A DNA stretch of 64,000 bases from Candidatus Marinacidobacterales bacterium (GTDB lineage: Bacteria; Acidobacteriota; Vicinamibacteria; Marinacidobacterales; DATDRI01): contig OZ244742.1 of assembly GCA_965219415.1 (NCBI GenBank), positions 128,001-192,000 on the forward strand, in the 5' to 3' direction. Both the position numbers and the translations under genes were made by a program. The notes below the pieces were generated by a model. That model was given only the letters and a program-made list of their open reading frames with translations. It did no database searches and had not been told where the DNA came from. This document shows, in pieces, positions 1 through 11,168 of the stretch. Within the stretch, counting starts at the first letter, position 1. Each line of letters opens with the position of its first letter.

Positions 1-1304
1 CCCGAGCGTACGATTGATCGGTATGAGATAGGTGGCCGCGACGCGTTGCACGTCCTCCGGCGTGACCTCCCCGATCCAGTCTCGCTGAAGGAATAGCATC
101 CGCCAATCACCCAAGGCCGCCCACTCGGGAGAGCTGGATGGCGGCCTCCTCGGAGTTTCGCATCGTGGCTTCCCAGTTTTTTAGACGACTCGCCTGCGCC
201 CGTTGAACCTCTTGCTCAGTCGGGGGCGTCTCGGCAAGTAGCTCGATCTCGTCTACTAGGGTGGCGCGCGCATCGTCGATGGACTTCTCCTTTCGGACTT
301 CGGCGAAAAACATGAGCATCCCAGGCTCGGCGAGCTGCTCGGCGAACTCGCCAACGCTGGCTGCCTTCTTCGTTTCCACCAAAGCCTTGTGAAGCCGCCC
401 CGACGGCGTATCGCCAAGGATGAAAGACGTCAAGTCCAGCGCGGCGAAGTCGGGATGCGTTCCGGCCGGGATGTGATACGCGGCAGCCACCATTTGTACG
501 TCTCTCACTCGGCGCAGGGTCACCGAGCGCTCGCCGTCTTGTGGCGGCTCGACCGTATAGAGTCGCCGCAGCTCCCGTTCTGGCTTAGGGATGCGACCGA
601 ATTTCTCTTCGATGAGCTCGAGCACTTTTCCCTCATCGAAATTGCCGGCAACTACCAAGATGGCATTGTCGGGTTGATACCACTTTCGGTAGAAGGCCTG
701 CAGACGATCGATGGGGACGTTCTCAATATCGGAGCGCGCACCGATGGTGGACTTCCCGTAGTTGTGCCATAGGTAGGCGGTCGCGAAAACGCGCTCCATC
801 AAGACGCTCTGGGGGTAGTTCTCACCCATCTCGAACTCGTTGCGCACCACCGTCGTCTCCGAGTCGAGGTCCTTCTGAGCGATGAAGCTGTTGACCATAC
901 GATCGGACTCCAGATCGAGCGCCCACGCCAGGTTCTCATCGGCGGCCCGGAAGGTCTCGTAATAGTTGGTCCGTTCGTACCAAGTCGTGCCGTTGGCCCG
1001 CGCGCCGTGCTCGGTCAGCTCCTTGTCGATGTCCGGATGCTTGGAGCTACCTTTGAAGACGAGGTGCTCCAGCAGATGAGCCATCACTGTCTCGCCGTAG
1101 TTCTCGTGCTTCGAACCGACGAGGTAGGTCACGTTTACAGTGATGATTTGTTGAGATGGATCGGGGAATACGGAGAACTCGGAGTCCGTTATCCAGCACG
1201 TACTCCGTGATGCCTTCGACCGAGGTACCCTTCTCGATGCCCTCTGGCGCCCCCACACCCAGCAGGGCAAGCGCGATAACTGCGAGGACCATTCGCGTGC
1301 TCAT
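1..1304 (-). CDS. M16 family zinc peptidase (insulinase-like), runs off window start, frameshifted
   Basis: Signal-peptide start [16 protein letters not shown]...[11 protein letters not shown] (ORF 1047..1304) shifts near 1170 into ORF 107..1270 with HLLEH (HxxEH) and ETTVVRNE; a second shift occurs near 125. Confidence 0.85.
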
Positions 1305-1346
1305 CTTTGTTCCTCCTGGTCCTGGAAGATAACACGAACCCGGCCG

Positions 1347-1787
1347 CTAGCTCAGCAAGCCGAGTCGCATGGCCACCGCGGTTTCCGGGCAAGCACCTTG
1401 CAGCTCTTTGGAAGCCTTGAGCGCAGGGTCGAGCTCTTCGCGAGGCATCCTCTCGAAACCGAAACGAGGGAAGAAGGCCTCCGCCGTTTCGGTCAGCAGA
1501 TAGATCGTAGTGACGCCGCTCTCCTTCGCGCGGTCGAGTAGTTCCTTTACCAACCTTCCGCCCAACCCCCGGTCCCGCCCGCTCGCCGCCACCGCCAGGG
1601 AGCGGAGGAGCCCTGCATGACCATAACATTCGAGCCCGATGGTTCCGATCAGTGTTTCATTCTCTCGGGCAACCAGAAAACCCTCTACGTTCTCCTCGAC
1701 GCCGTCGACGGGAAGCTCGCAAGTCGTTAGCAGAGCGAGCATAGCCGTGAGCTCGGTCCGCTCCGCCTCCCGAATCAAAGTGCTCAC
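1347..1787 (-). CDS. arsN2: GNAT N-acetyltransferase, ArsN2-like
   Basis: LLRSLAVA..RDRGLG acetyl-CoA motif, YLLTETAEAFF, C-terminal ELQGACPETAVAM; its GTG start overlaps the arsM stop (GTGA at 1784-1787). Confidence 0.8.
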   Translation of the reverse strand: MSTLIREAERTELTAMLALLTTCELPVDGVEENVEGFLVARENETLIGTIGLECYGHAGLLRSLAVAASGRDRGLGGRLVKELLDRAKESGVTTIYLLTETAEAFFPRFGFERMPREELDPALKASKELQGACPETAVAMRLGLLS

Positions 1788-2688
1788 GCTGCCGCTTGCT
1801 CTTTGGTGGGTTTCACCGCCGAGACCTGAATGCTGGCCACTCTTCCCAACAGACGATTGGCGAGCGGTCTCAGAACGAAGGAACGTGGGCTCGCTGCACG
1901 GCGCAAGAAAGCTCCGACCCACCCGTGCTCGCCGAAAAGCGCAGAGAGCTGCTCGGTGTCGTAGACGTGCCTAGCGACGACTTCGACACCGGTGAAGCCG
2001 GCCTTCTTGATGGCGTCCAAGTAATCCTTTTCCGGTAGGGCGCCGCTCAAGCAAGAAGCATAGAGCGCCGGGGTTCGAAAGGGACGCGGAATGCGGGCCA
2101 CGATATCGCTGACCGAAACTCGTCCCCCGGGTCTCAGCACGCGATAGGCCTCGCGAAAGACCTTCTCCTTGTCGGGTGCGAGATTGATGACACAGTTCGA
2201 AACGATCCAGTCCGCGTCGTCGTCGTCGATGGGCATGGTCTCCGCATCTCCTTTTAAGCGGAACTCGACGTTGTCCGCCCGCGCTTTGCGGGCGTTGGCG
2301 CGGGCCCTTTCGATCATGACCGGCGTCATATCGAGACCGATGACACGACCTTCTGAGCCCACTCGCTCCGCCGCGAGAAGACAGTCGATCCCCGCCCCGG
2401 AGCCGATATCCACGACGGTCTGCCCTTCTTGGACGCCCACGAAGGCAACGGGGTTCCCACAACCGAACGAGCTCTGGACGGCATCCTCCGGCAAGCTCGC
2501 AAGCTCATCCTTTTTGTACCCGGACAGCTCGACCAATTCGGTTCCGCCGCCGCAACAGCCACTCTTCGTCGAAGCCGGTTCCTGCTTCACCTCGCTCGAT
2601 GCCGGGCTGCAACATCCGGGCCCCGTCCCTCGACGGCCCGTGTGTAATGCTCTCTTACCCGTTCCTTGATCTTGACCGCATCCGTCAT
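1784..2688 (-). CDS. arsM: Arsenite S-adenosylmethionine methyltransferase, one frameshift near 2625
   Basis: AGGAG RBS then ATG at 2688 (MTDAVKIKERVREHY); CC pairs, SFGCGNP, VVDIGSGAGID SAM motif, ISNCVINLAPDK-type motif, ASCLSGAL. Confidence 0.9.
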
Positions 2689-2739
2689 TCTCTTCTCCTT
2701 TTATTTGTATACTGCAAATATCATCCCAAAAAAGGGGGT

Positions 2740-3228
2740 TCAAACACAGCACTCCCCGCTCCCCGGACTCACTTTCCGGACGAGAGTGCAGATGGCCCGA
2801 ACGACTTCCTCCCGGACATTTTCCGGCATCGAGAGAAGAATCTGCTCTTGGGTGGCCAGGAGATCGTCGGTGATCTTTTCGTGGGTCCTCTGGCCCGCCT
2901 CGGTGAGCTCGACGCGCACGATGCGACGATCGTCGCTGTCCTTTTGCCGCCGCACAAGCTTCTTCTTCACCAGGCCATCGACGAGCCTCGTCACCGTGCT
3001 GATCTGGAGGCGTAGGTGGCTCGCCAGCTCCTGCATGGAAAGCGGGCCTCGGGTGGCCAGCGCGTCTAGCAAATAACACTGAGACACGGTGATGCCGTAG
3101 CAGCAGATCTCGTTCTTGTTCCGAAACTGGTATTGGCGTACGAACTCGGTAAGGGCGCGGTGAAGCGTCATCGCCGAGCGCTTGAGCTCGAGGGTGGCCT
3201 CCCGGATGGCCGCGTCCGTTACTTGCAT
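2740..3228 (-). CDS. MarR family regulator with two vicinal Cys pairs
   Basis: wHTH SMQELASHLRLQISTVTRLVDGL, DDRR..V.LTEAG; EICCYG and C-terminal ECCV; first gene of the ars cluster. Confidence 0.85.
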   Translation of the reverse strand: MQVTDAAIREATLELKRSAMTLHRALTEFVRQYQFRNKNEICCYGITVSQCYLLDALATRGPLSMQELASHLRLQISTVTRLVDGLVKKKLVRRQKDSDDRRIVRVELTEAGQRTHEKITDDLLATQEQILLSMPENVREEVVRAICTLVRKVSPGSGECCV

Positions 3229-3277
3229 GACACAAATATATGCTCAGAGGTTCGTCTTGTCAAGCCAAAAAACGGAG

Positions 3278-4573
3278 CTAGAAACGCCAGCCGCGGAACT
3301 GCAGCCCAGAGAGTTTCCCCTGGAGCCCTCTTCCCAGCCCCAGAACGAGTGGAAAAGCTAGGTAGATGAAGACTAGCAGCCCGTAGCCGAGTAGCACCAT
3401 TTCCTTTCCTTCCGGTCGGTCCGCCACCACGAAGGGCCGCCAGAGGACGCTAAACTCGGGTACGTACCAGCAAAGGAACTCGTACTCCGCCGCACGGCAA
3501 TCCTCAAGATGGTCGAGACCGTAAACGGCCCCACTCGCTCCCACCAAGAAGGAAACCGCGAGGAGTCCCAAAAGTAGGAGGTTCCTCCCCACGGCTGGCT
3601 TCGGCCGAAACAAGCTCACCGCAAGCACGAAAGACGCGGGAATCGATGCAAAGAGGAGAAACCTCGGCCCCCACACCCAGCCCCCGTACCAAGCCCACCA
3701 TCTCGAGTAAACGAGCACCAAGCCAACGAGGAACCAAATCCATAGATGGTAGCTACGTCTGAGCCCTTCTTCTAGAGTGCGCATGGCGGCGGTAAAGGAG
3801 AGCAATAGCCCCGGTGCAAAGAACACCAGACCCTTGCCGAAAGAAAAAAGGAGTGACAGGACGCCAAAAAAGATCGGGTAACTGAATCCCGGCTGCCCCG
3901 AGTACGTCAGTATGGTTTCCGCCCCTGCGTTTCCTTCGTACCCTGTGAGCCACGGTGAGCCGCGCCTTACCCAAGACTCGAAGAGGACCAGTCCGGCTGC
4001 CGCGACCGGCACGAGAAGATACCGAAAGCGTTTTTTGTGGAGTGCCTCCGACCCCGTTACACCTCCCAATCCCACCATCGATGCCGGCGTGTTGACGGCA
4101 CCGATGATCATCGCGCTCCATCCCCATCCGGCCCATCGAGGATGACCAACTTGCGTTGCGAGAACGGCAGCGCCTACCACCATCGTCGTAAACACTTCGC
4201 CGTAGAAATCCTTTAGATGGTTCGGGAACATGGATCCGATCAAGAGAATTAGCAGAAATGTGCGGACGACACTTGGATCGAGCTTGTCTTTGAGGAGGCG
4301 GTAGAAAACGAACAGTCCTCCGGCAAAAACGAAGAAATTGAACCTCGCAATCCACCACTCAGCCGACTGGTACAGCTTGCCCAGCGGCCATAGAACGAGG
4401 GCAAACAGAGGACCCACCATGGAGTATCCGGTGGAAACAATCTTGTCGGCGTTCATCAAGCGCCGGAGCGACCGGAAACGAACGTATCCATCGCCGGAAA
4501 CATCATGGGGCAAGCAGAAGAAGAGAAGAACCAGACCCGTCAGGATGAGAGCTAACTCAATTCTTCTGGACAT
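3278..4573 (-). CDS. Polytopic membrane protein, possible GT-C glycosyltransferase
   Basis: Intact 431-aa ORF with about ten hydrophobic segments, an acidic DVSGDG loop after TM1 and WYGGWVWGPRF; the GT-C call is inference. Confidence 0.55.
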   Translation of the reverse strand: MSRRIELALILTGLVLLFFCLPHDVSGDGYVRFRSLRRLMNADKIVSTGYSMVGPLFALVLWPLGKLYQSAEWWIARFNFFVFAGGLFVFYRLLKDKLDPSVVRTFLLILLIGSMFPNHLKDFYGEVFTTMVVGAAVLATQVGHPRWAGWGWSAMIIGAVNTPASMVGLGGVTGSEALHKKRFRYLLVPVAAAGLVLFESWVRRGSPWLTGYEGNAGAETILTYSGQPGFSYPIFFGVLSLLFSFGKGLVFFAPGLLLSFTAAMRTLEEGLRRSYHLWIWFLVGLVLVYSRWWAWYGGWVWGPRFLLFASIPASFVLAVSLFRPKPAVGRNLLLLGLLAVSFLVGASGAVYGLDHLEDCRAAEYEFLCWYVPEFSVLWRPFVVADRPEGKEMVLLGYGLLVFIYLAFPLVLGLGRGLQGKLSGLQFRGWRF

Positions 4574-4667
4574 GGAGCTTCTCGTCTTGCGCCAAATAGA
4601 CCTCTCCCATCTCGCCCTCGCCGATCTTCTCGAGGACTTTGCAACAAGAGACTGTCTTTCCGATCAA
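4557..4667 (-). pseudogene. 36-codon N-terminal stub of a Ser/Thr protein kinase
   Basis: Hand translation [36 protein letters not shown], closely similar to the start of the kinase at 36549 ([31 protein letters not shown]); purine-rich RBS upstream. Confidence 0.8.
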
Positions 4668-4815
4668 GTTCCCTTCCTGGCGTCACCGGCCTAGTTGCCA
4701 CTATCGAACTAGTCAGACGCCGGGAGAATAGTCGGTTTTGTATTGTCAATCTACTTCCACCCGGAGAATCCACGGCTTGGCTATGATAGGGGCGGGTTTT
4801 TGGAGGCCTAACCAA

Positions 4816-6573
4816 ATGAAGAAACTCTTTGTTGTAATGCTGGTGTTTATTGGACTTCTCACTATTCTCGGCGTCGCGGTAGGCCTCGGAGTTGGTTTCG
4901 TTCAGCGCATGGTCAAGGGCAGCGTTCCAGAAAGGACGATCCTCCAGGCGAACTTCGAGAGGCCGCTCATTGAGTACATCCCCGACGATCCGGTGGGGGC
5001 CCTCGTTAAGCAGGAGTCCCCCACCGTACTCGGCGTGGTCGAAACCCTCGACAAAGCCGCCGCCGACGACCGGGTCATGGCATTAGTGGCGCGCGTCGGG
5101 GCTTCGAGTCTTGGCTTGGCGCAGATTCAAGAGATCCGGGACGCCGTCCTACGCTTCCGTCAGAGCGGCAAGCCCGCCATCGCGTACGCGGAGACCTTCG
5201 GCGAGTTCAGACCGGGAAACGGAGTCTACTACCTGGCCACTGCATTCGATGAGATCTATATGCAGCCCTCCGGCGATCTCGGGCTCACTGGACTCATGGC
5301 CGAGAGCCCGTTCCTTCGAGGGCTGCTCGACAAACTCGGGCTCGTGCCTCGCGGGGACCACCGCTACGAGTACAAGAACGCCCTCAATGTTTTCACCGAA
5401 CGCGCGTACACCGATCCCCACCGCGAAGCCACCCAGGCATTGCTCGATTCCATGTTCGAGCAAATCGTGAACGGCATCGCCGAAGCGCGATCTCTCTCGC
5501 AAGATCAGGTGCGTGCCATCGTCGACCGAGGCCCATTGTTTGGGCAAGAAACCGTGGATGCCAAGCTCGTGGACGGCCTCGCTTACCGTGACGAGGTTCG
5601 TGAGCGGGTCAAGGAGAGTGCGGGCGAAGACGCCGAGTTTCTTGATCTGTCGAAGTACCTTGACCTTGCCGGCCGTTTGTACGGCGACGGTGAGTCCATC
5701 GCTCTCATATATGGCGTGGGAAGCGCCACGCGAGGGAAGAGCAAGTACGATCCCTTCTCCGAGTCCGTCAACATGGGCTCCGAAACCGTTGCACGGGGGA
5801 TACGCGATGCCATCGACGATGACGACGTCAAGGCAATCCTCTTCCGGGTAGATAGCCCCGGAGGATCGTACGTGGCATCCGACACCATCTGGCGGGAGAC
5901 CATCCGCGCCCGGGAAGCGGGAAAACCCGTCATCGTGAGCATGGGTGAGCTTGCGGCGTCGGGAGGCTATTTCGTGAGCATGGCCGCCGACAAGATCGTG
6001 GCTCAGCCGGGCACGATCACCGGTTCGATCGGCGTTCTTGCCGTGAAGTTGTTGACACCGGGGTTTTGGGAAAAGACCGGTATCTCTTGGGACGAAGTCC
6101 ATACTAGCGAGAACGCGAGCTACTGGTCCAGCCTGCAAGACTACACGCCCGAAGAATGGTCTCGGTTTCAGGCCTGGCTCGACCGCATCTACGAAGACTT
6201 CACCGCCAAGGTCGCGGATGGACGGAACATTCCGAAGGAGAGGGTTTTGGAGATCGCGAAGGGTCGTGTCTGGAGTGGAGAGGATGCCAAAGGGCTCGGT
6301 CTCGTCGACGAGCTAGGAGGATTCTCTGAGGCGATCGCACTCGCCCGTGAAGCAGCCGGCATCGACGCCGACGCCGCGATCCATCTGAAACGTTTTCCTC
6401 CGAGGAAGTCCCCTTGGGAACTTTTCTTGGAACAGAGATCAGGAAACCAGGAGACCAGAGCGATGATCGCCGTCGCGGCCCGCGCCGGTGAGTTGGTCGA
6501 GCCTTTGACGCGGCTCGGGCTCACGAAGGCGCGTGGCGTTTTAGAGATAGAGGAGCTGGAGCAAAACTGGTAG
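4816..6573 (+). CDS. sppA: Signal peptide peptidase SppA (protease IV, 67K type)
   Basis: GGAGG RBS, N-terminal TM, YYLATAFD, RVDSPGGS, AASGGY, TITGSIGV, GRVWSG. Confidence 0.93.
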   Translation: MKKLFVVMLVFIGLLTILGVAVGLGVGFVQRMVKGSVPERTILQANFERPLIEYIPDDPVGALVKQESPTVLGVVETLDKAAADDRVMALVARVGASSLGLAQIQEIRDAVLRFRQSGKPAIAYAETFGEFRPGNGVYYLATAFDEIYMQPSGDLGLTGLMAESPFLRGLLDKLGLVPRGDHRYEYKNALNVFTERAYTDPHREATQALLDSMFEQIVNGIAEARSLSQDQVRAIVDRGPLFGQETVDAKLVDGLAYRDEVRERVKESAGEDAEFLDLSKYLDLAGRLYGDGESIALIYGVGSATRGKSKYDPFSESVNMGSETVARGIRDAIDDDDVKAILFRVDSPGGSYVASDTIWRETIRAREAGKPVIVSMGELAASGGYFVSMAADKIVAQPGTITGSIGVLAVKLLTPGFWEKTGISWDEVHTSENASYWSSLQDYTPEEWSRFQAWLDRIYEDFTAKVADGRNIPKERVLEIAKGRVWSGEDAKGLGLVDELGGFSEAIALAREAAGIDADAAIHLKRFPPRKSPWELFLEQRSGNQETRAMIAVAARAGELVEPLTRLGLTKARGVLEIEELEQNW

Positions 6574-6578
6574 GGCTG

Positions 6579-7157
6579 CTAACCGTCTTGCTCGTAAGCA
6601 GCCTTCAACCACTTCTTGACCTCGGCATTGAAGTCGCCGACCTCGGTAAGGGCGATGCAGTGAGTGACGCGCCCGCCTCCAACGCGATCGGTCTGCTCGA
6701 GTCGCCCCTTCGCCTTGACCCCGGGAAGCACCAACCCCAGGTCCACCCGCGTGCGCGTGCTCGGCTGGATGGCCGCAAATTGACGTTTGCGCGTGAAGGT
6801 TACGTACGTCTTGCGAGGTGAAACGACGACGTCTCTTCCAAGTGCTTGAGCGGTTTTCACCGCGGCTTCGTATATTGGTTTGAGCTCCGTCTTCGCTCCC
6901 GAAAACATGGCCTCGACGAGCTCGTCTCCTGCCTCATAGGGCGCGGCAAGATCCTGTCCCTCCGCCTTGGCAACGATGACCGCTGCGGTGGGACCACCCA
7001 GACTGTGGTGCATCCGCAGCCAGGCAACGCGCTCCCTTGTGGTCTTGGGGCCTTTCGTTTTGACCATGCGGGCCCATTGCTCGAGAGTCTTGCCGGTTCG
7101 GTTGGGGAGGTTCCGGGCCAGTGCTTCCAACATTTCCCGCGGAGACGTAGGGGCCAT
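6579..7157 (-). CDS. DUF4287/DUF5655 domain protein
   Basis: NLPNRTGKTLEQW N-terminus; PRKTYV, RQFA, RVDLGL, EVKKWLKAAY. Confidence 0.75.
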   Translation of the reverse strand: MAPTSPREMLEALARNLPNRTGKTLEQWARMVKTKGPKTTRERVAWLRMHHSLGGPTAAVIVAKAEGQDLAAPYEAGDELVEAMFSGAKTELKPIYEAAVKTAQALGRDVVVSPRKTYVTFTRKRQFAAIQPSTRTRVDLGLVLPGVKAKGRLEQTDRVGGGRVTHCIALTEVGDFNAEVKKWLKAAYEQDG

Positions 7158-7296
7158 GAGTCAGCTCCTTCCGGCGAAGCGTCGCCTGATTGACTATAGT
7201 CGAGGAAACCTGGAGACTCTACTACGAGGCGGAGAGATACCGAAGCCCCAGGTCAATCCCAGATCAATCCCAGCTCAATCATGGACACTTTCTAAG

Positions 7297-7494
7297 ATGG
7301 CCAAACGCAAGAAGAAACCCCGTTCGAAGAAACGTAAGAAACAGAGAAAAGTGTCTACGCGAAAGAGGACGGTGAAATCCGTCAAGGGGCTCTCCCGTCG
7401 CACCAAGGCGCCGCCGACAAGAGCCCACGGTCCAAGGCGCCCGCCTAAGAAAAGGTCCAAGACGAAAGAGCTCTTGGAAGAGGAAGGTTGGTAG
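7297..7494 (+). CDS. Small very basic Lys/Arg-rich protein (65 aa)
   Basis: MAKRKKKPRSKKRKKQRK...ELLEEEGW, 29 of 65 residues K/R; fills an intergenic gap; no clear RBS. Confidence 0.5.
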   Translation: MAKRKKKPRSKKRKKQRKVSTRKRTVKSVKGLSRRTKAPPTRAHGPRRPPKKRSKTKELLEEEGW

Positions 7495-7509
7495 TCGGGG
7501 GCGTTTTCT

Positions 7510-10500
7510 CTATATCTCGCGGGGGAGGACATCAGCCGGCTGGGGCCGACCACAAAGATAACCCTGGATCGCGTCACAGCCTTCTCGGTAGAGAAAGGCT
7601 AGTTGCTCCTCGGTTTCAACACCCTCGGCGATCACGTCTAGCCTGAGTTTGTGCCCGAGTCCGATGATTCCTGCCGCGATCGATGCGTCGTTCCGCTCCG
7701 TGGTGATGTCCCTAACAAAGGTCTTGTCGATCTTGAGGGAATCGATGGGGAATCGCCTCAGATAAGCGAGGGAAGAGTAACCGGTGCCGAAGTCGTCCAC
7801 GGCAATTCGAACCCCGAGGGACTTGATACTGGCAAGCGTCGCCTTGGTCCGCTCGGTGTCCTGCATGAGGTGGCTCTCGGTGATCTCGAGCTCCAGGCAC
7901 TGCGGAGCGAGCTGGTAATCCTGAAGCGCGCGGCTAACAATCTGCACCAGATTCTTGTCTTCGAACTGTCTCGGAGAGAGCTCTTGTCAATAGGTGTGTA
8001 AAAAAGTTCAGGCAGCAGCAACCTTCGACGACTCCGTTACCCTGTCTCCATCTTCAAATCGAACGCCCAGGTGAACCTCTCGCATCAGCTCCGGTGCGTT
8101 GAGCCGGCGAAAATTCTTCTCCGCAACCAGAAGCAGTTTGAAGATTGTCGCAGTGGCGGACTCGACTTTCTTGAACCTTTTGGCCGCATCCGTTCTCAAT
8201 CTCAGTGCAGCGAACGGTGATTCCACGACGTTGCTCGTGCGAAGGTGTTGCCAGTGAGGCTTGGGAAAGGAATAGAAGCTGACCATCCGCTCCCAGTCCT
8301 CGTCGAGCACGTGCGCGGCCCCCGGAAGACCCTTGCGCAAGCACCAATCCTGGAACTTGGCCTTCTTCGTCTCGCACTCCTGCAGGCTGGTGGGGTAGGG
8401 GGTCGCCGTCAACAGCGGCTTGGCCTGCGCCTGGTCCCTTTTCGGAATCCGGTCCAGTACGTTGAGGATTCGGTGGTTCCAGCACCGCTGCTCCTCAGCT
8501 TCTGGAAATACGTTTCGGGTCGCGGCCCAGATGCCGAGATGACCGTCACCGATCACCAAACGGGGACATCTCAGACCGCGCTTCTTCAGTCTCCGTAGCA
8601 GCGACGACCATGACGCTTCGGATTCTCGATGCCCGGCCTCCAGCGTCAGGACGATTTTCGTCCCGTCGGACAGGCCACCAACCGCAACTAGCACCGCCGC
8701 CTTGTCCTTCTCAAGGCCGGCCTTCACGTACACGCCATCTACCCACAGGGACACGAGCTCGAGTTCGTCCAGTGGGCGAGCTAGCCACTGCTCGTACTCT
8801 CCCTGCCATTTCTGTTTCAGCCGCGACACCGTGCTGGGAGAAAGTGGAGCGTCCTCCCCTAGAAGCCCGCGGAGCGCCAGATCGAAATCTCCGTGAGCTA
8901 GTCCATGCAGGTACAGCTCCGGAATCAACTCGCTCACCGTTTCGCTCCGACGCTTGAACAGCGGAAGCACTCGACTTTCGAACCTCTCCTCCACGTCCCC
9001 TACTCTCGGCCGGCGAACCGTCACCGTGCCCACGCTCATCGTCAGCTTCCGAGGCTTACCGTATCCATTTCGATAGCCCGCCGTTGTGTCCACGGGCTTC
9101 CGTCTCTCCGATTTCTCACGCCCGAGAAGCTCCGTGACTTCGGCTACCATCAGCTCCTGCACCCAATCCTGGATCTCGAGCCTCGCCTACTTCTCCAGCG
9201 ACTCCCAAGCCACCCTTGACGAGCTCCGTCGTCTTGTGGTCTTTTCCTTCATGGCGGTGTCTCCTTCCGTTGGCCCCTTCAGGCCGTGTTTCGTGACGCG
9301 GAAGGTTACTTCGCCTTTACTTTATTTCCACACCTTCTGAGGGTAGCTCCTCGGAGACAGGTTGACCGCCACCCGCAAGTTGTTGAACCCGGCCGTTTGT
9401 CATTGTCGCACCTGTTCACAAGCATTTCGAAGGATCCACTCCCCCGCCGTGATAATCAGCCCGGTATCCTCGAGGAGATAGATGAAGTCCATCGGCGCGA
9501 TCAAGCCGCGCTCGGCGTGCTCCCATCGCACCAACGCCTCGACCGCCAAGAGCTCGCTGTCCTCCAGGGATAGCTGCGGTTGGTAGTGGAGGCGAAACTC
9601 GTTCCGCTCCAATGCGTGGCGCAAGTCCCTTTCCAGGCTCATCCGAGTCAGGACTTCAGAGTGCATTTCCTTGCTGAAGATTTGGTAACTGTTTCTTCCG
9701 CGCTCTTTCGACCGATACATGGCCGAGTTGGCACATTTGAGCAGCTGATCGATGGTGTCTCCGTTATCTGGATAGAACGCGATACCCACGCTTCCGGTGA
9801 CGACGACCTCTTGATCGTTCACGCGAAACGGAGATGCAGCGCGTCGAGAATCCTTTGGGCAACCACCGTAGCCTCTTGCTGATGCTCGAGGTCGTCCAAG
9901 ATGATGGCAAACTCATCGCCACCCAGGCGCGCCAGGGTCTCGAACTCCCGGACGCACTCACCGAGCCGGCTACTCACTTCCCTGAGGAGCGCGTCCCCCG
10001 CCTCATACCCGAAGCTCTCGTTGATGCCCTTGAATCGATCCAGGTTGAGAACCAACACCGTCACGTGAGTTTCCCGGCGCTTCGCTCGAGCCAAGGCGAG
10101 GGAAAGTCTCTCCTGAAATAGCCGCCGGTTGGCCAGCGCGGTGAGCTGGTCGTAGTACGCCAAGCGGGTTAGCTTCTCCTCGGACTCTTTCCGTTCGATC
10201 GCGTAGCGAAGCGCTCGATTGAGAAGACCGGCATCAAATAGCCCTTTCAGAATGTAGTCCTGCGCTCCCACTTGAAGTGCCTGGACCGCCACGCTTTCAT
10301 CGTCCATGCCTGCGAGCACGATGATGGGCAGGGATGGCGCGGTTGCGCGCAGCCGGGCAACCGACTCCAGCCCACGCGCGTCGGGAAGCGCGATGTCGAC
10401 TAAGGCGGCCTTGAAGGAAATGCCGTCGAGCAATCGCAGCGCCTCGCTCAAGCGATTGACTTGTATGGCGCGGTGACTCGCTCCCGCAAAATTGGTTAGC

Positions 10501-10976
10501 AGCTCGGAGATCACCCGCCTATCGCCGGGCTTATCTTCGATCAATAGAATGGCACTCGCGGGGTCCCCGATGGCCTGAGGACTCCAGGCTTCCGCCCCCG
10601 CTCGCGCGGCATGCAGTTGAACACCGTCTCGAATGGCTGCGCCCAGGCTCTCTCGGCTCCATGGCTTGGCAAGGACCCCATCGACGATGCTGGAATCGAT
10701 CGGAGCCCCGAGGTTAGCCGCCGCCGTGACCAAGAGATAGGTCGCCCACGGACATTTCACGCGGAGGCGCTCGATGAGACTCAGGCCGTCCGCGCCGACG
10801 AGACGGAGATCGGATGCGATAACGGTATATTGATGGCGGCTCGCCAGAGAGAGCGCCTCTTCGGCACCACTCGCGAGATCGATGAGGAAGCCGAGCCGCT
10901 GCAGGGAAGAAGCGAACGCTTCCCGGGTGGATTTTTCGTCGTCTACAAAGAGAATGCGCTCGTCCTGCCGCATCAC
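7510..10976 (-). pseudogene. REC-REC-GGDEF-EAL diguanylate cyclase/phosphodiesterase, disrupted by IS256
   Basis: Two receiver domains, RLGGDEF, EALVRW, ELEITES, DDFGTGYSSL; frameshift near 9820, TGA at 9400; removing the IS restores VNLSPRQFED. Confidence 0.9.
7978..9349 (-). mobile_element. IS256-family element, type A copy 1
   Basis: Imperfect TIRs GAGCTCTTGTCAATAGGTGTG / GAGCTACCCTCAGAAGGTGTG; 8-bp TSD CTCGGAGA; transposase 8008..9252 (WVDG, IGDG, QRCWNH, RTSNVVES) with TAG at ~9188. Confidence 0.93.
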
Positions 10977-11168
10977 GCTCCCTTGGGGAAGAAGACTTCG
11001 CTGCGAGCAAGCCCGCAGAGCGCCGTAACCTAGGCGCCCTGTACTTATGTTTTCTGGATTTCACAACTATACAACATGACAATCCGCCCTGTCTACTGAA
11101 GACGGGTGTCAGGCGCGAGTGCTAGTTGGGGATCAGACGTTAGTCCTGACCCGGGAAGGCGTTCCTAT

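Noticed and set aside
2767-2787. TCCGGA-centred sequence resembling the HNH palindromes
   Set aside because: Spacing differs and it lies within marR coding sequence; probably chance.
1784-3235. 483-aa ORF as a long ArsM
   Set aside because: The N-terminal part is an off-frame read-through of the marR region; the real start is the RBS-preceded ATG at 2688.
7971-9354. 4-bp TCGG duplication implying a non-canonical IS256
   Set aside because: With the TIRs placed at GAGCT, copy 1 has a normal 8-bp TSD.
9398-9402. In-frame TGA in the EAL domain as selenocysteine
   Set aside because: The position corresponds to a Trp (VRQW), and the gene is already IS-disrupted.
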